Positions 15,931-26,630 of a stretch of DNA of 44,111 nucleotides are shown in pieces (position 1 is the first letter of the stretch; each line of letters starts with the position of its first letter). Made by a program: the position numbers and the translations under genes. Origin of the DNA: a virus; the IMG/VR virus record IMGVR_UViG_3300045988_019654, positions 1-44,111 of that record, one strand, 5' to 3'. The notes below the pieces were generated by a model. The model had not been told where the DNA came from. It ran no database searches and saw nothing but the letters and a program-made list of their open reading frames with translations.

Positions 15931-18639
15931 ATGGCTGCTGATGGCTCAGTCATTATTGATACCAGAATGGATACAACCGGTGTCCAAAATGGCGTATCAG
16001 CTATAAAACAGTCATTTAACGGCCTTGGAAGTGCTGTAAAAAAAATCGGTCTGCTGATTGGCGGGGCTTTTGCAGTTGGTAAATTAGTACAGTTCGGCAA
16101 AGAGTGCGTGGAACTCGGCTCCGACCTCGCAGAAGTTCAGAACGTGGTTGATGTTACATTTACCACCATGTCGGACAAAGTTAATGAATTCGCAAAGAAT
16201 GCCATGACCTCTGCCGGACTATCGGAGACAATGGCAAAAAGGTATGTCGGAACATTCGGAGCAATGTCCAAGTCGTTCGGATTCTCAGAAGCACAGGCTT
16301 ATGATATGTCAACGGCTCTGACGCAGCTTACTGGTGATGTGGCATCGTTCTATAACATTAGTCAGGATTTGGCGTATATCAAACTGAAATCAGTGTTTAC
16401 GGGTGAAACAGAAACGCTCAAAGATCTCGGCGTGGTAATGAGCCAGTCGGCGCTAGACCAGTACGCACTGGCGAATGGTTATGGTAAAACCACATCCGCC
16501 ATGACAGAGCAGGAGAAAGTAGCCCTCCGCTTGGCTTTTGTACAGAAACAGTTATCGGCTGCATCTGGGGACTTTATCCGGACTTCTGATTCATGGGCGA
16601 ATCAGGTCAGAGTTATGCAGTTACAGCTGCAATCTCTCAAGGCAACAGTCGGACAAGGACTGATTAATATTTTCACACCTGTTCTGAAAGTTATTAATAT
16701 CTTGCTTGGTAAATTGGCAACACTGGCAAATGCATTTAAAAGCTTCACAGAACTGATTACTGGTAAGAAATCATCAGGTCAAACAAGTGGAAGTGGAGCA
16801 GGGCTTACTGGAACAGATGCAATCGCAGATACAGCAGATCAGTATGGACAGGCGGCAGACAATGCAGAGAAATTAGCGAATGCCAATAAAGATAATACAA
16901 CAGCTACGAAAAAAGCAAATAAAGAAACAAAAAACTATCTTTCTACATTGGATGAAATCTCCAAGGTGTCAGCCACATCCGATGGAAACACATCCACTCC
17001 TTCCACATCTGGTGGTAGCGGAACAGGCTCCGGTCTTTCTGGCGCAGCTGCTAATGTGGATTATGGCAGTCTGGCAGATGGAGAAAATGCACTGGACAAA
17101 ATCAGCGATTCCGCCAAGAAACTTGCTAATCTGCTCAAGAAGCTCTGGAAACCATTTCAGGACGCATGGAAAAAAGAGGGCAAGAATACCATTGACGCGG
17201 CAAACATTGCCTTGTCGGGAATTGCAAAGCTCGCCAAGAGCGTAGGTAAAAGCCTTGTAGAGGTCTGGACAAATGGAACAGGTACGACAATGCTTACGAC
17301 CATGCTTAGAATTGCTCAGAATGTGCTTAAAACTATTGGTAACATTGCATCCGGTTTCGCAGATGCTTGGAACAAAAACAGTGTAGGGACGCAGATTATA
17401 CAGAACATTGCAGATGCTCTTGTGATAGTCATGCAGTTTGTTGAAAAAATCGCAGAGGATACAGCAACATGGGCGGCGAACTTGGACTTCTATCCATTAC
17501 TGGAATCTATCAGTAATCTGACAGCGACTTTTGCTCCAATTCTGGAATCCATTGGAAATGTTCTTGAATGGATCTACAAAAACATTGTTCTTCCGATGTT
17601 GACATGGATTATTGAAACGGGAATCCCGACAGTGATTAACCTAGTGTCTGATTTGGCAGGATTCTTTGCAGACCATCAATCAATTATTGAAGCATTCGGT
17701 GCGGCTTTGATTGGGGCATTTGCCGCTGCAAAAATAGCAGAATTAGCTTCGAGCATTGGTGGAAGTATCAGCACGATCATGTTATATGGAAAAGGCCTTA
17801 TAGCTTTAATGACTGGGTCGGGTGGCATTATTGGTGGAATTAAAGCTATCGCAACAGCTCTTGGAACTGGTGGAATATTTGCTGTCGCAATTGGAGCGGC
17901 TATCGCGGTCGGCGTGCTGTTATACAAAAACTGGGACAAAATCAAAGAAGTTGCGGGGGAGGTATGGGATTGGATTAAAAGCAAAACAATAACGTTTGTT
18001 AACACTATAAGCTCTAGCCTTAAAAATCTTGCATCTAAAATTGTGACGATTTGGGATAACATCAAATCCAGTGCGCATCAGAAATGGGCTGCAATTTGGT
18101 CGACAGTGGGAGATCTTGTTGGAAGAATCAAAGATGGGATTGTGGAAAAATTTACATCTGCTAAAGATAAAGTTGTAGAAATCTTTGGAGGAATTAAAGA
18201 TGCAATTCGCGACATTCTAAATAGGGTCATTGGCATTGTAAATAGTGCGATCGGAACTGTCAACAGCGCGATTGGTGGAATTGAATCCGCATTTTCTTTT
18301 GGCCCGTGGGAAGTGCCTACACCGTTCGGCAAGAAAACAATCGGATTTAGCGCAACATTTCCAAGAGTGCCAACAGTGCCTTATCTCGCAAAAGGTGCAG
18401 TTATTCCACCTAGAAGTGAATTCCTGGCTGTACTTGGTGACCAGAAGCAAGGAAATAACATCGAAGCACCCGAGGGTCTTATCCGGCAGATAATCCGGGA
18501 TGAACTTGGAAATCAGCAAGGAAATAGGGACATTCATATCACGGCTCAGATTAACAGGAGAGTGCTGTTTGATGAATTTATCAAAGAAGCAAAAGCAAGA
18601 CAGGAATACAGTGGAAAGAATCCACTTGAGTTGGCATAG
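15931..18639 (+). CDS. Tape measure protein
   Basis: 902 aa, with a G/S/T-rich linker, multiple hydrophobic glycine-zipper segments and the expected position. Confidence 0.9.
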   Translation: MAADGSVIIDTRMDTTGVQNGVSAIKQSFNGLGSAVKKIGLLIGGAFAVGKLVQFGKECVELGSDLAEVQNVVDVTFTTMSDKVNEFAKNAMTSAGLSETMAKRYVGTFGAMSKSFGFSEAQAYDMSTALTQLTGDVASFYNISQDLAYIKLKSVFTGETETLKDLGVVMSQSALDQYALANGYGKTTSAMTEQEKVALRLAFVQKQLSAASGDFIRTSDSWANQVRVMQLQLQSLKATVGQGLINIFTPVLKVINILLGKLATLANAFKSFTELITGKKSSGQTSGSGAGLTGTDAIADTADQYGQAADNAEKLANANKDNTTATKKANKETKNYLSTLDEISKVSATSDGNTSTPSTSGGSGTGSGLSGAAANVDYGSLADGENALDKISDSAKKLANLLKKLWKPFQDAWKKEGKNTIDAANIALSGIAKLAKSVGKSLVEVWTNGTGTTMLTTMLRIAQNVLKTIGNIASGFADAWNKNSVGTQIIQNIADALVIVMQFVEKIAEDTATWAANLDFYPLLESISNLTATFAPILESIGNVLEWIYKNIVLPMLTWIIETGIPTVINLVSDLAGFFADHQSIIEAFGAALIGAFAAAKIAELASSIGGSISTIMLYGKGLIALMTGSGGIIGGIKAIATALGTGGIFAVAIGAAIAVGVLLYKNWDKIKEVAGEVWDWIKSKTITFVNTISSSLKNLASKIVTIWDNIKSSAHQKWAAIWSTVGDLVGRIKDGIVEKFTSAKDKVVEIFGGIKDAIRDILNRVIGIVNSAIGTVNSAIGGIESAFSFGPWEVPTPFGKKTIGFSATFPRVPTVPYLAKGAVIPPRSEFLAVLGDQKQGNNIEAPEGLIRQIIRDELGNQQGNRDIHITAQINRRVLFDEFIKEAKARQEYSGKNPLELA

Positions 18640-18651
18640 GAGGTGACAGTA

Positions 18652-19035
18652 TTGGCAAAAGAAATGATAAAAATGAACGGTACTGTCATCTGGCAGCCCG
18701 ACAAAGATATGCCTTATTCATTTGCGACAACTTATTCAGAAGGAAGTAACCGAACACAATACGGTGACGGGCGGTTTACACCGCTTTTTACCGTAGAACA
18801 ATATGGATACACTGCAAAGAACATTCCGGCAGGCAAAGTCACGGAAATTTTGCGGATTATTGCAAAAGGGAAAACATTCACATTACATCATTATTCGCTT
18901 TATCATGCGTCATGGCGCGACGATCCGTTTTACGTAGGAAAATCTGGAAACATAACAATTGGCGAATTATCTGAAGACGGCAAAATAGTATCCGAGCTAT
19001 CTTTCAACATGACGGGGGTGAATCATCTTGATTAA
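18652..19035 (+). CDS. Distal tail protein candidate
   Basis: TTG at 18652 is correctly spaced from TAGGAGGTGA, whereas the track start at 18643 lies inside the RBS. The gene follows the tape measure gene. Confidence 0.5.
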   Translation: MAKEMIKMNGTVIWQPDKDMPYSFATTYSEGSNRTQYGDGRFTPLFTVEQYGYTAKNIPAGKVTEILRIIAKGKTFTLHHYSLYHASWRDDPFYVGKSGNITIGELSEDGKIVSELSFNMTGVNHLD

Positions 19036-22000
19036 TGTAAGTAATGCATTTAAGAAGAAAATAGCAGAAGGGTATCCAGTCATTGAAGAGGTAGACATTA
19101 CATTTCCTGATGGAACAGTCAAAACAGTCAATAAAGAGATCTTAAATTCCGGGAACGACATTGTAGATGGCGTAGACGGGTCTTCCTTTCCTATTGGACA
19201 AACTGTATGTAAATCTCTGCAGCTGTTTTTGGATAATTCGCAAGAGCAGTGGAAGAATTATTACTTCTATGGTGCGAAACTCCGAGTAAAACTTAAAATG
19301 GAATTGGATGATGGCACTACTGAGACTATTAATAAAGGAAGCTTTACCGTCACCACACCAGAGGAATACGGCGAAGATGTTGAGCTAACTGCATTAGATG
19401 ATATGTACAAGGCAAACAAAACATATACTACCAGTCTTGCGTTTCCTCAAGACGCTTATGTAGTTTTGCGAGACGCTTGCCAACGATGTGGTATATCATT
19501 GGGGATTGGATCCGGTGCGATGGAACATGCCACATTTCAAATTCAGTCTGTGCCTGACGGCATGACATTCAGAGACGTTATCGGATGCATCGCGATGATA
19601 GAATCTGCCAACGCCAGAATTGACAATGGCGGGTATTTACAGCTTGTGAAATGGGATTTTTCGGGCGTGAATGTTGATAATGCCCCGACTGTAGATTCTG
19701 AAGGATTCCTTAAATTTGGTGGCGGTTCTGTTATTGATTCAAGTGGCTACATATCTCCGGTAGGAGACTGGATGATAGATCCAGATGGATTTCTGTATCT
19801 TAACGAGGGGGTTAATGCCCCGCAGAGATTAAGAGACTATCTGTCAGCACCTACACTTTCAACGGATAACATTGTTATTACAGGTATACAAGTAAAAAGT
19901 GGTGATACATCTTATCAATATGGATCGAATGAATACGTTTTGCAAATAGAAAACACTCTGTTACAGGCAAATCAGCTGCCGGTTGTAGCAGAATGGATAG
20001 GGGCTTCACTGGTTGGTAAGCAATTCCGAAGCATGGAAGGAGATCTTTTATATAATCCGCTCATTGAATTCGGAGATATGGCAAGGACTTATGATCGTAA
20101 AGAAAACGTATATATAACTCCTATTACTTATGTTGCAAGTGGATTAAATGGTGCAACAACGGTAAGAACGCAGGCTGAAAGCCCTATCAGAGGTAGCAGC
20201 ACGTATAATTCTGACGCCCTTAAAACGCTCATCCAAGCCAAAAAGCTTGTTGAAGCAGAGAAAAATGCAAGGGAATTGGCTGTCGGGAAGCTGGAAGAAG
20301 CCATGAAAGGTGCATCAGGTCTGTATGAAACATCTGTGCTTCAAGAGGACGGGAGTACAATAACTTATTTACACGATAAACCGACACTAGAAGAATCTAA
20401 GACTATCATTAAATTTACCGCTGAAGCCATCGGAGTGTCGAATGACGGCGGCAAGACGTATCCCTACGGTTTCATACTGACAGGTGATTTGATCACAAAA
20501 ATCTTGTATGCAGAGGGCATTAATGCAGATTACATCAATGCCGGAAAACTCCTTGGAAAGTTCATTGATGCGAAAAATCTCAGGGTTTCAACAGAGGATG
20601 GCGCCGTAACGTTTTACATAAACGAAAAAGGACAAGTGTTTATCCAGCCGACAGCTTTTTTTCTGTCAGACAATAAAACGCTCGATGAAGCCATAGCAGA
20701 TAAAACAATAGAAGAAGCTCAGAAACTGACCACATTGAATGTAATACTGTCAAATGAATATCAGGCCATAGTGACAGACGCTAATGGAAACTACACAACA
20801 TTTCCTGAATGTAGCACAACCGTACAGGTTATGTATGGTGCTAAAAATGTAACTAATGATGCATCGTATACAATAACCGAAGAGAACATTACTGGAACCT
20901 GGGATGAAAAGAACCATAAATATACCGTCGCAGGACTATCAGCTGATACCGGACATGTGAACTTTGTCGTAAGTTATAAGACATTTTCTATTACAAAACA
21001 GTTTTCAATTGCAAAACAAAAACAAGGGAAGCAAGGAGATAAAGGAGATTCAGCTACAACTTATGTTATTGAAACGGATACAACCGTAATAATGAGAACC
21101 GCAGATGGAACTTATGTGCCGGAAACTGTGCTTTTCAAAAATTATGTTGTTTCGGGAAGTAATAAAACATTGCGAAAGTCTAACATCCTTGTCCAGACAA
21201 CAACAGACGGCTCTACGTTCAGCACTATAAAAAACATGAATGTAGATGATGGACAGTATACCTTGTATCTTTCTACAATTGCATCGGATGTAACAGCGAT
21301 TAGGTATATCTTCAGAAGCATTAATCTGGGTAATCCTCAACTCGCAACGGTAACAATTCCAATAATCAATGACACAGAACTGACAGAAAAGCAGATTTTC
21401 AACCTTTTGACGCATAACGGAACTCGTGATTTGCTGACTTATGTAGATGGTAAACTATATCTTAATGGTACATACATCAAAGGAAAAACTGTAGCAGCAG
21501 ACAAGCTGAATGTAGATGACTTATATGCGGTTGCGGCATCAATTGCACAGTGGACTATTAAAGAAAATTACATACAGTCAAAGAGTGGTAATATACGGCT
21601 TTATTCGGATGGACGGATAAAGATTGGAAATGCAGTGTTTTCGCAAAGCGAAGATGGAGATACGGCTTGTAACATTAAATATGGACTGCATTTGTTCTGT
21701 AAAAATATTACAGATAGCTCGGGATTTATTGACCCAAGCGGAATGTTTGCTATTTCTGGATTGGCAAGTAACGCATCGGGATCAACACTTATTTTGTACA
21801 ACAATTATGTTTATAAATTAAGTTCATCATCAAAAAGATACAAGAAACATGTTAAAAACATGACCTCAAGTGAAGCCGAAAGACTTTTAGACATTCCGGT
21901 CGTGTGGTTCGAGTATAATGAAGGGTATCTGGCACCGGGTGACCGTTTTGAAGGAAAACCGCTTCCAGGATTCTACGCAGAAGATGTGTACGAAGCATTT

Positions 22001-22150
22001 CCGGAAGGTGCAATGCTCAACGAATCCGGTCAGGTAGAAGACTGGAACTACAGAACTATGATTCCGGCAATGATGAAATTAATCCAAGACCAGCAAGAAA
22101 CTATTAATAGCCTTAATAAAAGAATAGAAAGATTAGAAAGAGGTGAGTGA
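19028..22150 (+). CDS. Tail-associated / receptor-binding fibre protein with a C-terminal S74 intramolecular chaperone domain
   Basis: 1040 aa. The C-terminus (SSSKRYKKHV...DIPVVWFEYNEG...EDWNYRTMIPAMMKLIQDQQETINSLNKRIERLE) matches the self-cleaving chaperone domain of tail fibres and endosialidases. Confidence 0.75.
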   Translation: MINVSNAFKKKIAEGYPVIEEVDITFPDGTVKTVNKEILNSGNDIVDGVDGSSFPIGQTVCKSLQLFLDNSQEQWKNYYFYGAKLRVKLKMELDDGTTETINKGSFTVTTPEEYGEDVELTALDDMYKANKTYTTSLAFPQDAYVVLRDACQRCGISLGIGSGAMEHATFQIQSVPDGMTFRDVIGCIAMIESANARIDNGGYLQLVKWDFSGVNVDNAPTVDSEGFLKFGGGSVIDSSGYISPVGDWMIDPDGFLYLNEGVNAPQRLRDYLSAPTLSTDNIVITGIQVKSGDTSYQYGSNEYVLQIENTLLQANQLPVVAEWIGASLVGKQFRSMEGDLLYNPLIEFGDMARTYDRKENVYITPITYVASGLNGATTVRTQAESPIRGSSTYNSDALKTLIQAKKLVEAEKNARELAVGKLEEAMKGASGLYETSVLQEDGSTITYLHDKPTLEESKTIIKFTAEAIGVSNDGGKTYPYGFILTGDLITKILYAEGINADYINAGKLLGKFIDAKNLRVSTEDGAVTFYINEKGQVFIQPTAFFLSDNKTLDEAIADKTIEEAQKLTTLNVILSNEYQAIVTDANGNYTTFPECSTTVQVMYGAKNVTNDASYTITEENITGTWDEKNHKYTVAGLSADTGHVNFVVSYKTFSITKQFSIAKQKQGKQGDKGDSATTYVIETDTTVIMRTADGTYVPETVLFKNYVVSGSNKTLRKSNILVQTTTDGSTFSTIKNMNVDDGQYTLYLSTIASDVTAIRYIFRSINLGNPQLATVTIPIINDTELTEKQIFNLLTHNGTRDLLTYVDGKLYLNGTYIKGKTVAADKLNVDDLYAVAASIAQWTIKENYIQSKSGNIRLYSDGRIKIGNAVFSQSEDGDTACNIKYGLHLFCKNITDSSGFIDPSGMFAISGLASNASGSTLILYNNYVYKLSSSSKRYKKHVKNMTSSEAERLLDIPVVWFEYNEGYLAPGDRFEGKPLPGFYAEDVYEAFPEGAMLNESGQVEDWNYRTMIPAMMKLIQDQQETINSLNKRIERLERGE

Positions 22151-22151
22151 A

Positions 22152-23588
22152 TTGGAGGTCAAAGGAATAGACGTCTCTGCTTGGCAGGGACAGATCGACT
22201 GGAAGACAGTGGCAGCCTACGGAATGGACTTTGCCATCCTTCGGATCACAGAAGCCGGAAACGTGATTGACAAACATTTTGAAAGAAATTACACGGAATG
22301 CCAGAAATATAACATCCCAACAGGCGTATATAAGTACTCATACGCAATGACCATCGCAGAGATCCAGAGTGAAGCCAGAAAAATAGTTTCTGTCCTGAAC
22401 GGAAGAAAGTTGCAGTATCCCGTATGGCTGGATCTGGAACACAACAACCAGAGAAGTCTGGGAGCAGAAAACATACATAAGATGGCAGAAGCCTTTGAAA
22501 AGATCATTACAGCAGCGGGATATAAGTTTGGCATCTACTGTAATGTAGACTGGTACATGAACGTGATCTGTAGCCATCTGAAAAAGTATGATTTCTGGAT
22601 CGCACGTTATCCGGCTAACGATGACGGATGGCTTCAGGAACGTCTCCGCCCAGACTTCGGCGTAGGTTGGCAGTACAGCTCAAAAGCCAAGATTCCTGGA
22701 ATCAATGGAACTGTAGACCGGAATGTATTTTACAAAGATTACAAGGATGAAGAAAAGAAAGGGGACGCAGAAATGGCAAAGACAAAAGAACAGATCATTC
22801 AGAATGTGCGAAATGATGCAGTTGAATTTGCGGTAAATATTGCAAATGACAATAATCATGGTTACAGTCAGAGAATCAGAAGTCTGTATGAGATTGATGA
22901 TCCTAAATCATTTGACTGCTCAAGTCTGGCGTGTACAGCATATTACTATGCATTCCTGAAAAATGGACTGACCACGCAGGCAAGATACTTGAAAGAACAT
23001 TGTAGTTATACGGGTAATATGCTGAATATGTGTAACTGCGGTTTTGAGATTGTGGCAAGAAACCAGACTGCACACAGTCAGATGCAGAAAGGTGATCTTG
23101 AACTGAATACATCATATCATGTGGCAATGGCTATAAATAAAGACAATATTGTACATGCCAGAAGTTCAGAAGGAACCACTGATACAAAAGACAACAGTGG
23201 TAATGAGATCAGAACTCAGCCGTGGTATCTGTATAGTCACGGATGGACTCACCGTTTGAGATTTACGGGTAACGGTATTGACTTTACTGTATTGACTGCT
23301 GATACCGACAAACCAGCAGTTAAACCGACAACACCTACAGGGGGTAAATATATGTTTGAACCAGAAACTGTAAAAGCAGGAGACAAAAACACATCCGTAT
23401 TATTGCTTCAGGAGATTTTAAGAGCTAGAGGATTTAAGGGAAAAACCGGAAAAGCCCTGAAACTCACCTGGACCGCAGATACCAACACTATCTACGCCCT
23501 GAAAGCCTACCAGGAATCCAGAAAAAAGGTTCTTGCCGTAGATGGTGTATGTGGTCCTGTGACCTGGAAAGATCTGATCGCGATCTAA
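22152..23588 (+). CDS. Three-domain endolysin: GH25 muramidase, NlpC/P60-like peptidase and a PG_binding_1 domain
   Basis: KGIDVSAWQGQIDW...DRNVF marks GH25. FDCSSLACTAYYYAF ... YHVAMAI..IVHA provides a Cys/His pair. The C-terminal SVLLLQEILRARGF...DGVCGPVTWKDL is a peptidoglycan-binding repeat. The TTG at 22152 is better spaced from the RBS than the GTG at 22143. Confidence 0.85.
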   Translation: MEVKGIDVSAWQGQIDWKTVAAYGMDFAILRITEAGNVIDKHFERNYTECQKYNIPTGVYKYSYAMTIAEIQSEARKIVSVLNGRKLQYPVWLDLEHNNQRSLGAENIHKMAEAFEKIITAAGYKFGIYCNVDWYMNVICSHLKKYDFWIARYPANDDGWLQERLRPDFGVGWQYSSKAKIPGINGTVDRNVFYKDYKDEEKKGDAEMAKTKEQIIQNVRNDAVEFAVNIANDNNHGYSQRIRSLYEIDDPKSFDCSSLACTAYYYAFLKNGLTTQARYLKEHCSYTGNMLNMCNCGFEIVARNQTAHSQMQKGDLELNTSYHVAMAINKDNIVHARSSEGTTDTKDNSGNEIRTQPWYLYSHGWTHRLRFTGNGIDFTVLTADTDKPAVKPTTPTGGKYMFEPETVKAGDKNTSVLLLQEILRARGFKGKTGKALKLTWTADTNTIYALKAYQESRKKVLAVDGVCGPVTWKDLIAI

Positions 23589-23602
23589 AAAAGCATAGAT
23601 TT

Positions 23603-23640
23603 AAGCCCCATGGAAACAAATTCCTTGGGGCTTTTAAGTT
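23603..23640 (+). terminator. Late-operon terminator
   Basis: Stem AAGCCCCA / TGGGGCTT with a 15-nt loop, followed by a T-rich tail. Confidence 0.7.
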
Positions 23641-23894
23641 ATATTGCATCAGATTCGGAATGATAAGAATATTCTGGTTAGTCACAAATTAGTCACAAGT
23701 GAAGACTGGAACACCGCATAAACAAAGGATTTTTTAAAAAATTCATTAAAATTAAATTATTGAAAATGCTTTTTCAGATTCTCCTGTAAAATGCGTAAAA
23801 TCCAGTAAAATAAAGGTTTTGCAGACTTTTGGTAGAATGATTAAGACGGTTTAAAAATGGTAAAAAGTGGAACGGTTAGTCACAGTTAGTCACA
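23641..23894. promoter_or_regulatory. attP region with candidate integrase arm-type repeats
   Basis: TTAGTCACA occurs at 23678, 23689, 23876 and 23886, all in the same orientation. GTAAAAT occurs three times, at 23786, 23795 and 23805. The region is AT-rich and lies immediately 3' of int. Confidence 0.55.
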
Positions 23895-25051
23895 AACGGA
23901 ACTTTTATTTTCTCTATTTCTTTCCGGAGTTCTTCCAGTGTCCTGTGACCGTACACAGCGTTCGTAACATCGTTTCCAAACGAATGTCCTAACATTCTCT
24001 TCCGGTCGTTCTCTCGTACGCCGTATCTTTCGCACAGGGTAGAAAAGGTATGCCGACAATCGTGCGGCGTGTGCTTCGGGTTGCCGACTATTCCTAAACG
24101 TTCCAGTGTAGGATAGAACAACGCTTTTCTGTGGTGCTGCTGAGTACACACGCATAATTTCCCACCTTGTGTCAGCACTTTCTGCTCAACAAAACGGTAC
24201 ACAGCTGGATGTATCGGAACGATTCTGTTCTTGCCCGCTTTTGTTTTAATGCCGCCCTGGAAGCACTTATCCTCTAGGTTGGTTGTAAGTTTTAGCACTT
24301 CGCCAATCCTCCATCCAGAATAACACATGATTAGTATGAGTTGCACTTCTGGATCATCAGCATTGTTCCACAAAATTTGCAGTTCCTGGTCAGAAAAAGG
24401 TGTGCCATGCTCCGTATCATTATTTGCGTTAACTTTTACGTATAAGGCCTTGTTTTCTGATACGATTTCTGAATAAATGGCATACTTATACATTTGCTTA
24501 AAGAGAGTTAAAATAATTGCTTTGCTCTGCTTTTTAAGAGTGCATTCATCTATTACGTCTTGCAAATCAGGGGCTTTTAAATCTTCAAATGTGTGATTGT
24601 ACAATGTTTTACAGTTTGAGTAAGCTGTTCTGTATGATTCCATCGAACTATAAGACGCTTTTGTTCCATCTGGAAATTTCCATGCGTAGAATTGTTCATA
24701 TACCTCTGAAAACGTCAATTTGTGCGTTTCTGGGTGCTTTTCCTCTGCACCCTTAAATGTATTGTAGTCTGACAGAATACGGCTTACAAGGGCGTCTGTG
24801 TCCGTTGTAGGGGTAATCTCAAGCTCTTTTTCCATCCCTGGCTTGTACGTCCCAGCTTTGTAAGCTGTCAGGACGGCGAATCCTTTCAGATAGTCGTCAA
24901 CGTAGCAGATCGCAGGTGGACGGATCGCTTTTCCTGTTGCATCAATCGTTGCCGGCGGGTGTACTGCATAGCAGTTTCTTCGACCCTTACCGAGATAACG
25001 GATAGACCCGAAACTATTCGGCAGTTTCGGATATTTCTTTCTTTTTGCCAT
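23876..25051 (-). CDS. int: Tyrosine recombinase / integrase
   Basis: ATG at 25051 follows AAGGAGGAAG. The C-terminal catalytic pattern reads GWRIGEVLKL ... HDCRHTF ... LGHS...VYGH. Confidence 0.9.
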   Translation of the reverse strand: MAKRKKYPKLPNSFGSIRYLGKGRRNCYAVHPPATIDATGKAIRPPAICYVDDYLKGFAVLTAYKAGTYKPGMEKELEITPTTDTDALVSRILSDYNTFKGAEEKHPETHKLTFSEVYEQFYAWKFPDGTKASYSSMESYRTAYSNCKTLYNHTFEDLKAPDLQDVIDECTLKKQSKAIILTLFKQMYKYAIYSEIVSENKALYVKVNANNDTEHGTPFSDQELQILWNNADDPEVQLILIMCYSGWRIGEVLKLTTNLEDKCFQGGIKTKAGKNRIVPIHPAVYRFVEQKVLTQGGKLCVCTQQHHRKALFYPTLERLGIVGNPKHTPHDCRHTFSTLCERYGVRENDRKRMLGHSFGNDVTNAVYGHRTLEELRKEIEKIKVPFVTNCD

Positions 25052-25068
25052 GATCTTCCTCCTTGTGC

Positions 25069-25098
25069 AAAAACAGCCCCTGCTGTTTAAGCAGGAGC
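25069..25098 (-). terminator. Terminator between the Mrr-like gene and int (hairpin is bidirectional)
   Basis: A 9-bp stem GCTCCTGCT / AGCAGGGGC (one G.U pair) is followed by TGTTTTT on the minus strand. A T-run is also present on the plus strand. Confidence 0.65.
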
Positions 25099-25106
25099 GG
25101 TTCTTT

Positions 25107-25835
25107 TTAACGTGAATTTTGTACAAATTTCTCTAGCTGATTTCTGTCCCACAAAAGAACCTGATTTACGGCAGCTAATTCCTGAGCAGATTTTGTAAAA
25201 AATCGGTTTGTCAGAACTGCAGCAACGTGGCAATGATAGAATGTCTTTCCAGCAAACGCCTCCTGTACTGCTTTGTTGCCAATGTCCTTAGAATAGCACT
25301 TACACTGTATTCCGTATTTTACGCCGCCTTTTTCAGCTAAAACATCAATTCCTTGATCTCCGCTACCCTGTGTTACGCTGACATTATAGAAACCATTGTT
25401 TTTAAGCAGGTCTGCACAGTAGTACTCAAAGTCGTGTCCTTCCATTGTGTCATAGACCGGAAGTTGTGGCTCCGGTACCGTGGGCGGATTAGGTATATCT
25501 TCTGATGTCCAATTAGGAGCAGGAGTGTAGTTATCATGGCTGTATGATTGTGGAATAATTGGTTCAACATCGTCAGAGTCAGTAGAATGTGCTCTGATAA
25601 TGCTTGAAAAAGTGCCGAATATAGTAGAAATAATGGCACACGCAACAGCTATTAGTATAGCACCGGGCACAAACATGACTATTCCCGCAAAGATTCCTGA
25701 ACCTATTTCAACAGCATCCCGAGTGCTGCTATTTGCCAAACCAGTTACAGTAATAAATGTCATAAATACAAGCCATAGGAATGTAAGAAATGCTGCAAGC
25801 TTGTGTTTTTTATAAAAATTAAGTACGTGCTTCAT
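25107..25835 (-). CDS. Membrane-anchored restriction-endonuclease-like protein (N-terminal TM helices plus an Mrr_cat PD-(D/E)xK domain)
   Basis: Two or three hydrophobic helices lie in aa 13-80, then a P-rich linker. The C-terminal region GHDFEYYCADLL...GDQGIDVLAEKGG.KYGIQCKCYS...VQEAF fits the Mrr catalytic-domain pattern (D ... QxK). Confidence 0.7.
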   Translation of the reverse strand: MKHVLNFYKKHKLAAFLTFLWLVFMTFITVTGLANSSTRDAVEIGSGIFAGIVMFVPGAILIAVACAIISTIFGTFSSIIRAHSTDSDDVEPIIPQSYSHDNYTPAPNWTSEDIPNPPTVPEPQLPVYDTMEGHDFEYYCADLLKNNGFYNVSVTQGSGDQGIDVLAEKGGVKYGIQCKCYSKDIGNKAVQEAFAGKTFYHCHVAAVLTNRFFTKSAQELAAVNQVLLWDRNQLEKFVQNSR

Positions 25836-25844
25836 ATAGTCCTC

Positions 25845-26033
25845 TTAAAGTTTTACTTCGAATACCCGTCCGCATTTCTTGCATCTGAATGTTTGTTTGC
25901 CCTTTGGCTTTGTGTTGACAAGAGTAAAAGGGTGTAATGGATTCAGGTTGAGAGTTGTTTTCTGGTTGCCCGACAGATATTCAACGTCAGTACTGCCGCA
26001 TCCAAAACGTGGGCATTTGATTTTTTTAGCCAT
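25845..26033 (-). CDS. 62-aa zinc-ribbon protein
   Basis: RBS GGAGGG. The Cys pairs are CPRFGC ... CKKCG. Confidence 0.6.
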   Translation of the reverse strand: MAKKIKCPRFGCGSTDVEYLSGNQKTTLNLNPLHPFTLVNTKPKGKQTFRCKKCGRVFEVKL

Positions 26034-26054
26034 ATTGTTAATCCCTCCGTTTGA

Positions 26055-26630
26055 TTATTCTTGTGTATCTTCGCTGTGCATGGTGAAAGAATCATTGAAG
26101 CTTTTCCAGTCAGCCTTATTTTCCGCATAAGTTGATACAGTCTCTTCACCGGTTGAGGAGTCTTTGACTGTGACTTTATAATCAACATCTTTTTCCTCTA
26201 CCCCATTCACCTGCTGATACACTGGAGCTGTAAACAGCGCGATGTATCCAATGAAGAGTTCAGATTGTGCTATATTGGTAGTAGCAAGATCAATTTCGAA
26301 CTCAGTCATATCATTATTGTATGTGATGTCCTCAACGTTTGGATAATTAGTATCGTCATCCAGGATATCTTTGATATAATCATCAAAATTGGATTTTACG
26401 GCCTTTTTCCATTCTTTTTGCTGCTTCTTTGTGAGAGTGTAGGTGGTAGAGCCATCCTCATTGACAACAGCTTCCTTTGCTTCTGGTACTGATGAAGTAT
26501 CATCATCTTCTTCAAATCCGTAGTTTGGGACAGTAACGGTAACACCCTTCCCGCCTGCCAGAACCGGAACAGAAGAAGTCAAAGTAAATGTAGCAGTCAG
26601 GAACATTGCGACAGCCTTTTTCTTATTCAT
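26055..26630 (-). CDS. Secreted acidic protein (signal peptide, no lipobox Cys)
   Basis: ATG at 26630 follows TGGGAGGA. The N-terminus MNKKKAVAMFLTATFTLTSSVPVLAGG looks like a signal peptide, and the mature part is D/E-rich. Confidence 0.65.
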   Translation of the reverse strand: MNKKKAVAMFLTATFTLTSSVPVLAGGKGVTVTVPNYGFEEDDDTSSVPEAKEAVVNEDGSTTYTLTKKQQKEWKKAVKSNFDDYIKDILDDDTNYPNVEDITYNNDMTEFEIDLATTNIAQSELFIGYIALFTAPVYQQVNGVEEKDVDYKVTVKDSSTGEETVSTYAENKADWKSFNDSFTMHSEDTQE

